From: an uncultured virus (IMG/VR IMGVR_UViG_2843834578_000006)
Lineage: Duplodnaviria > Heunggongvirae > Uroviricota > Caudoviricetes
DNA length: 20,000 bases
Virus record (IMG/VR): IMGVR_UViG_2843834578_000006
Strand: one strand, 5' to 3'
In this document: piece by piece, positions 18,227 to 20,000 of the stretch
Layout: the number at the start of each line of letters is the position of its first letter
Numbering within the stretch: position 1 is the first letter of the stretch
The notes under the pieces: generated by a model
What the model was told of the DNA's origin: nothing
The model's database searches: none
The model's input: the letters and a program-made list of their open reading frames with translations, nothing else
Program-made: the position numbers and the translations under genes

Positions 18227-18403
18227 TTAATCTTCAATATCAATATATTCCGCTAACTCACTTCGAGCTTTTAAATAAGCCTTGCGAAGCCCGTGGAATT
18301 TTTCATCTTGGACTTCTTCAAAGTCACTATAACTGACGAAAGCGTATTCAAAACCTTCGTTTTCAATTTTAGTTTGAAGATATTCTTTGTCTTCTTCTGT
18401 CAT
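18227..18403 (-). CDS. Small acidic hypothetical protein (58 aa), probably phage
   Basis: RBS AGGAGA before MTEEDKEYLQTKIENEGFEYAFVSYSDFEEVQDEKFHGLRKAYLKARSELAEYIDIED*. Confidence 0.65.
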   Translation of the reverse strand: MTEEDKEYLQTKIENEGFEYAFVSYSDFEEVQDEKFHGLRKAYLKARSELAEYIDIED

Positions 18404-18735
18404 TTCGTTTCTCCTATTGAGAGTGGATAAAAATAAACACTGCACGGGCAGGGTCGGGGAAGCATTATCGCTGTGCGATAGTGCATGGTTTGCCATCGCA
18501 GTCGTTGTGTAACTCTAAGTAGTCGGCAGCAACTGCAAAGGCGGTAGCCTGAGCCCACAGGTGAATAAAGGGTGCCGTTTGTGTCCTCGATGATGCCACA
18601 GATATGCCGATTAAAGACCACAAGGTAATCGGGTAAATTACGAACGAAAATATCAACATTGTCACGAAGGTGCTGCTATTTTCAATATAGTAACTTATAT
18701 TGGTCTAACTTAAATTTCATTTATTCTTCAAAAGT

Positions 18736-18772
18736 ACAACACCGTTGGTAAGTGATTTATCAACGGTGTTGT
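18736..18772. terminator. Long stem-loop
   Basis: acaacaccgttg (18736-18747) / caacggtgttgt (18761-18772), perfect 12-bp inverted repeat. Confidence 0.5.
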
Positions 18773-18943
18773 CATTTCCAATTCTCTAAAATCAAAATTC
18801 AATTCTCAATTAACTTTATGATTCAATATGGCTAAATTATCCTCAATTTAAGACGCTGTATATAACAGCACTTAATAAGTCGCATAACTCCTGAGAAGCG
18901 ACGGCTATCCTTAGAGGTAGTTGAGTTATTGCCAAAATGTCTC

Positions 18944-19300
18944 CATATCCGCAGCACTGATAGCGGTCTTCATTGTATAAAGTTTTGCAAACGCCACTTT
19001 ACTGTAAGTATCAATAAACGTTTGTTGATAAATACGACCCACTCCTTTGAGGTTGCCCACATAGAAAGTATCTTGTGAGCCAAGATAGCCAGGGTGTACC
19101 GTTTCAATTTCACCACAGGCAATCTCATCTTCTTTCTTACGCTCTAAGGCTTGTACCTGTGTTTCACTGAGTATAATACCTTGTTCTGCAACCAGTTTTT
19201 CCAGGGCGATTAATCTTTGCTTAAAATTGGCAAGATGATGACGTAACCAAATCGAACGTACACCTCCTGCTGAAACAAAGATGCCTTGTTTACGGAGTTC
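18944..19300 (-). mobile_element. Internal fragment of an IS481-family transposase, allele 1
   Basis: ELRKQGIFVSAGGVRSIWLRH...GEIETVHPGYLGSQDTFYVGNLKGVGRIYQQTFIDTYSKVAFAKLY; no IS ends present. Confidence 0.85.
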
Positions 19301-19655
19301 CTGCTGCACTAATTGCTGTCTTCATCGTATACAGTTTTGCAAATGCGACTTTACTATAAGTATCAATAAAGGTCTGTTGATAAATGCGTCCAACCCCCTT
19401 AAGATTCCCCACATAGAAGGTATCTTGTGAACCTAGATAGCCCGGATGAGCCGTTTCAATTTCGCCACAAGCCACATCGTCTTCTTTTTTACGCTCCAAG
19501 GCTTGAACTTGGTTTTCACTCAGAATAATGCCTTTCTCAGCCACTGCTTTTTCTAACGCATTTAAACGCTGTTTAAAGTTAGCGAGATTATGGCGTAGCC
19601 AAATAGAACGCACACCACCTGCTGAAATAAAAATACCTTGTTTACGGAGTTCGTT
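19301..19655 (-). mobile_element. Same internal IS481-family fragment, allele 2
   Basis: Same peptide span as allele 1 with 8 substitutions over about 103 aligned residues plus many synonymous changes. Confidence 0.85.
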
Positions 19656-20000
19656 TACGGACTAAAAAATGGAGGACTACCAAATGAGTTAGTATTTTCG
19701 ATGCGGTATAGCACTACAAAGGAAACCTCTGATACTGGGCGAATTGGGTGGTTATCTCAGGATATTAATGTTGTGCCTAATAAAAAATATATTGCCTCCG
19801 TATGGTTAGCTTGTCATCGTGGGCAAGCTAAATTAGTCATTGAGAATATCGAAAAACCTGGTGGTGCTTATTTAGGTCGGATAGGCAACAGCGAGGTAAT
19901 TACTGGCTATAGTGCTCATCAAGGCGAATTTAAAAATATGAAACGGGTTAAGGTTGTATTTACTGCACCTACTTCAGGCTGTATTCGTTTCGCATTACGA
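19656..20000 (+). CDS. Internal fragment of a probable phage tail-fibre beta-sandwich module, open at both ends
   Basis: Uninterrupted frame YGLKNGGLPNE...LSQDINVVPNKKYIASVWLACHRG...RVKVVFTAPTSGCIRFALR. The Y-x-x-S and KVxFTAP pattern echoes the gpJ modules in this window. Confidence 0.6.

Noticed and set aside
18400..18665. Overlapping 66-aa and 73-aa minus-strand ORFs
   Set aside because: No clear RBS, and a further junction near 18550 is possible. Only the tail ATAFAVAADYLELHNDCDGKPC looks like a phage peptide, which is too weak to call.
18855..18869. CTGTATATAACAG as a LexA box
   Set aside because: CTG-CAG spacing is 7 bp rather than the required 10.
18870..18944. Glycine riboswitch-like words (GGAGA, CTCAGG) on the minus strand
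   Set aside because: The conserved CCGAAG core and the expected stems are absent.

Overview
A mosaic of Pasteurellaceae accessory DNA; Actinobacillus-type uptake signals (ACAAGCGGT) point to the Actinobacillus/Mannheimia/Glaesserella clade. It behaves like short draft-assembly contigs joined in descending length order: genes break abruptly at about 2632, 9243, 13813, 15791, 17091, 18150, 18944, 19300 and 19655. In order it holds: (1) a ColE1-type MOB_HEN mob module (mobC, mobA, overprinted mobB and mobD-like gene), an ISApl1 left-end remnant and a 5'-truncated macrolide esterase estT; (2) a RelE/HTH toxin-antitoxin pair, an unannotated 52-aa lipoprotein and a lambda-like gpJ split at an A10 tract; (3) a repeated structured non-coding region, a hipBA-like operon and three PFL-family ICE genes; (4) lambda-like tail genes L, K and I; (5) tuf; (6) a defective ISApl1 abutting Bacteroidota-type DNA; (7) small phage ORFs, two IS481 allele fragments and another tail-fibre fragment. 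Best leads: a promoter-associated repeated RNA-like element with covariation downstream of hipA, a Cor-like lipoprotein after gpJ, and a possible ISApl1 composite transposon that captured estT. Family names come from recognition of the translated sequence, not from a database search.
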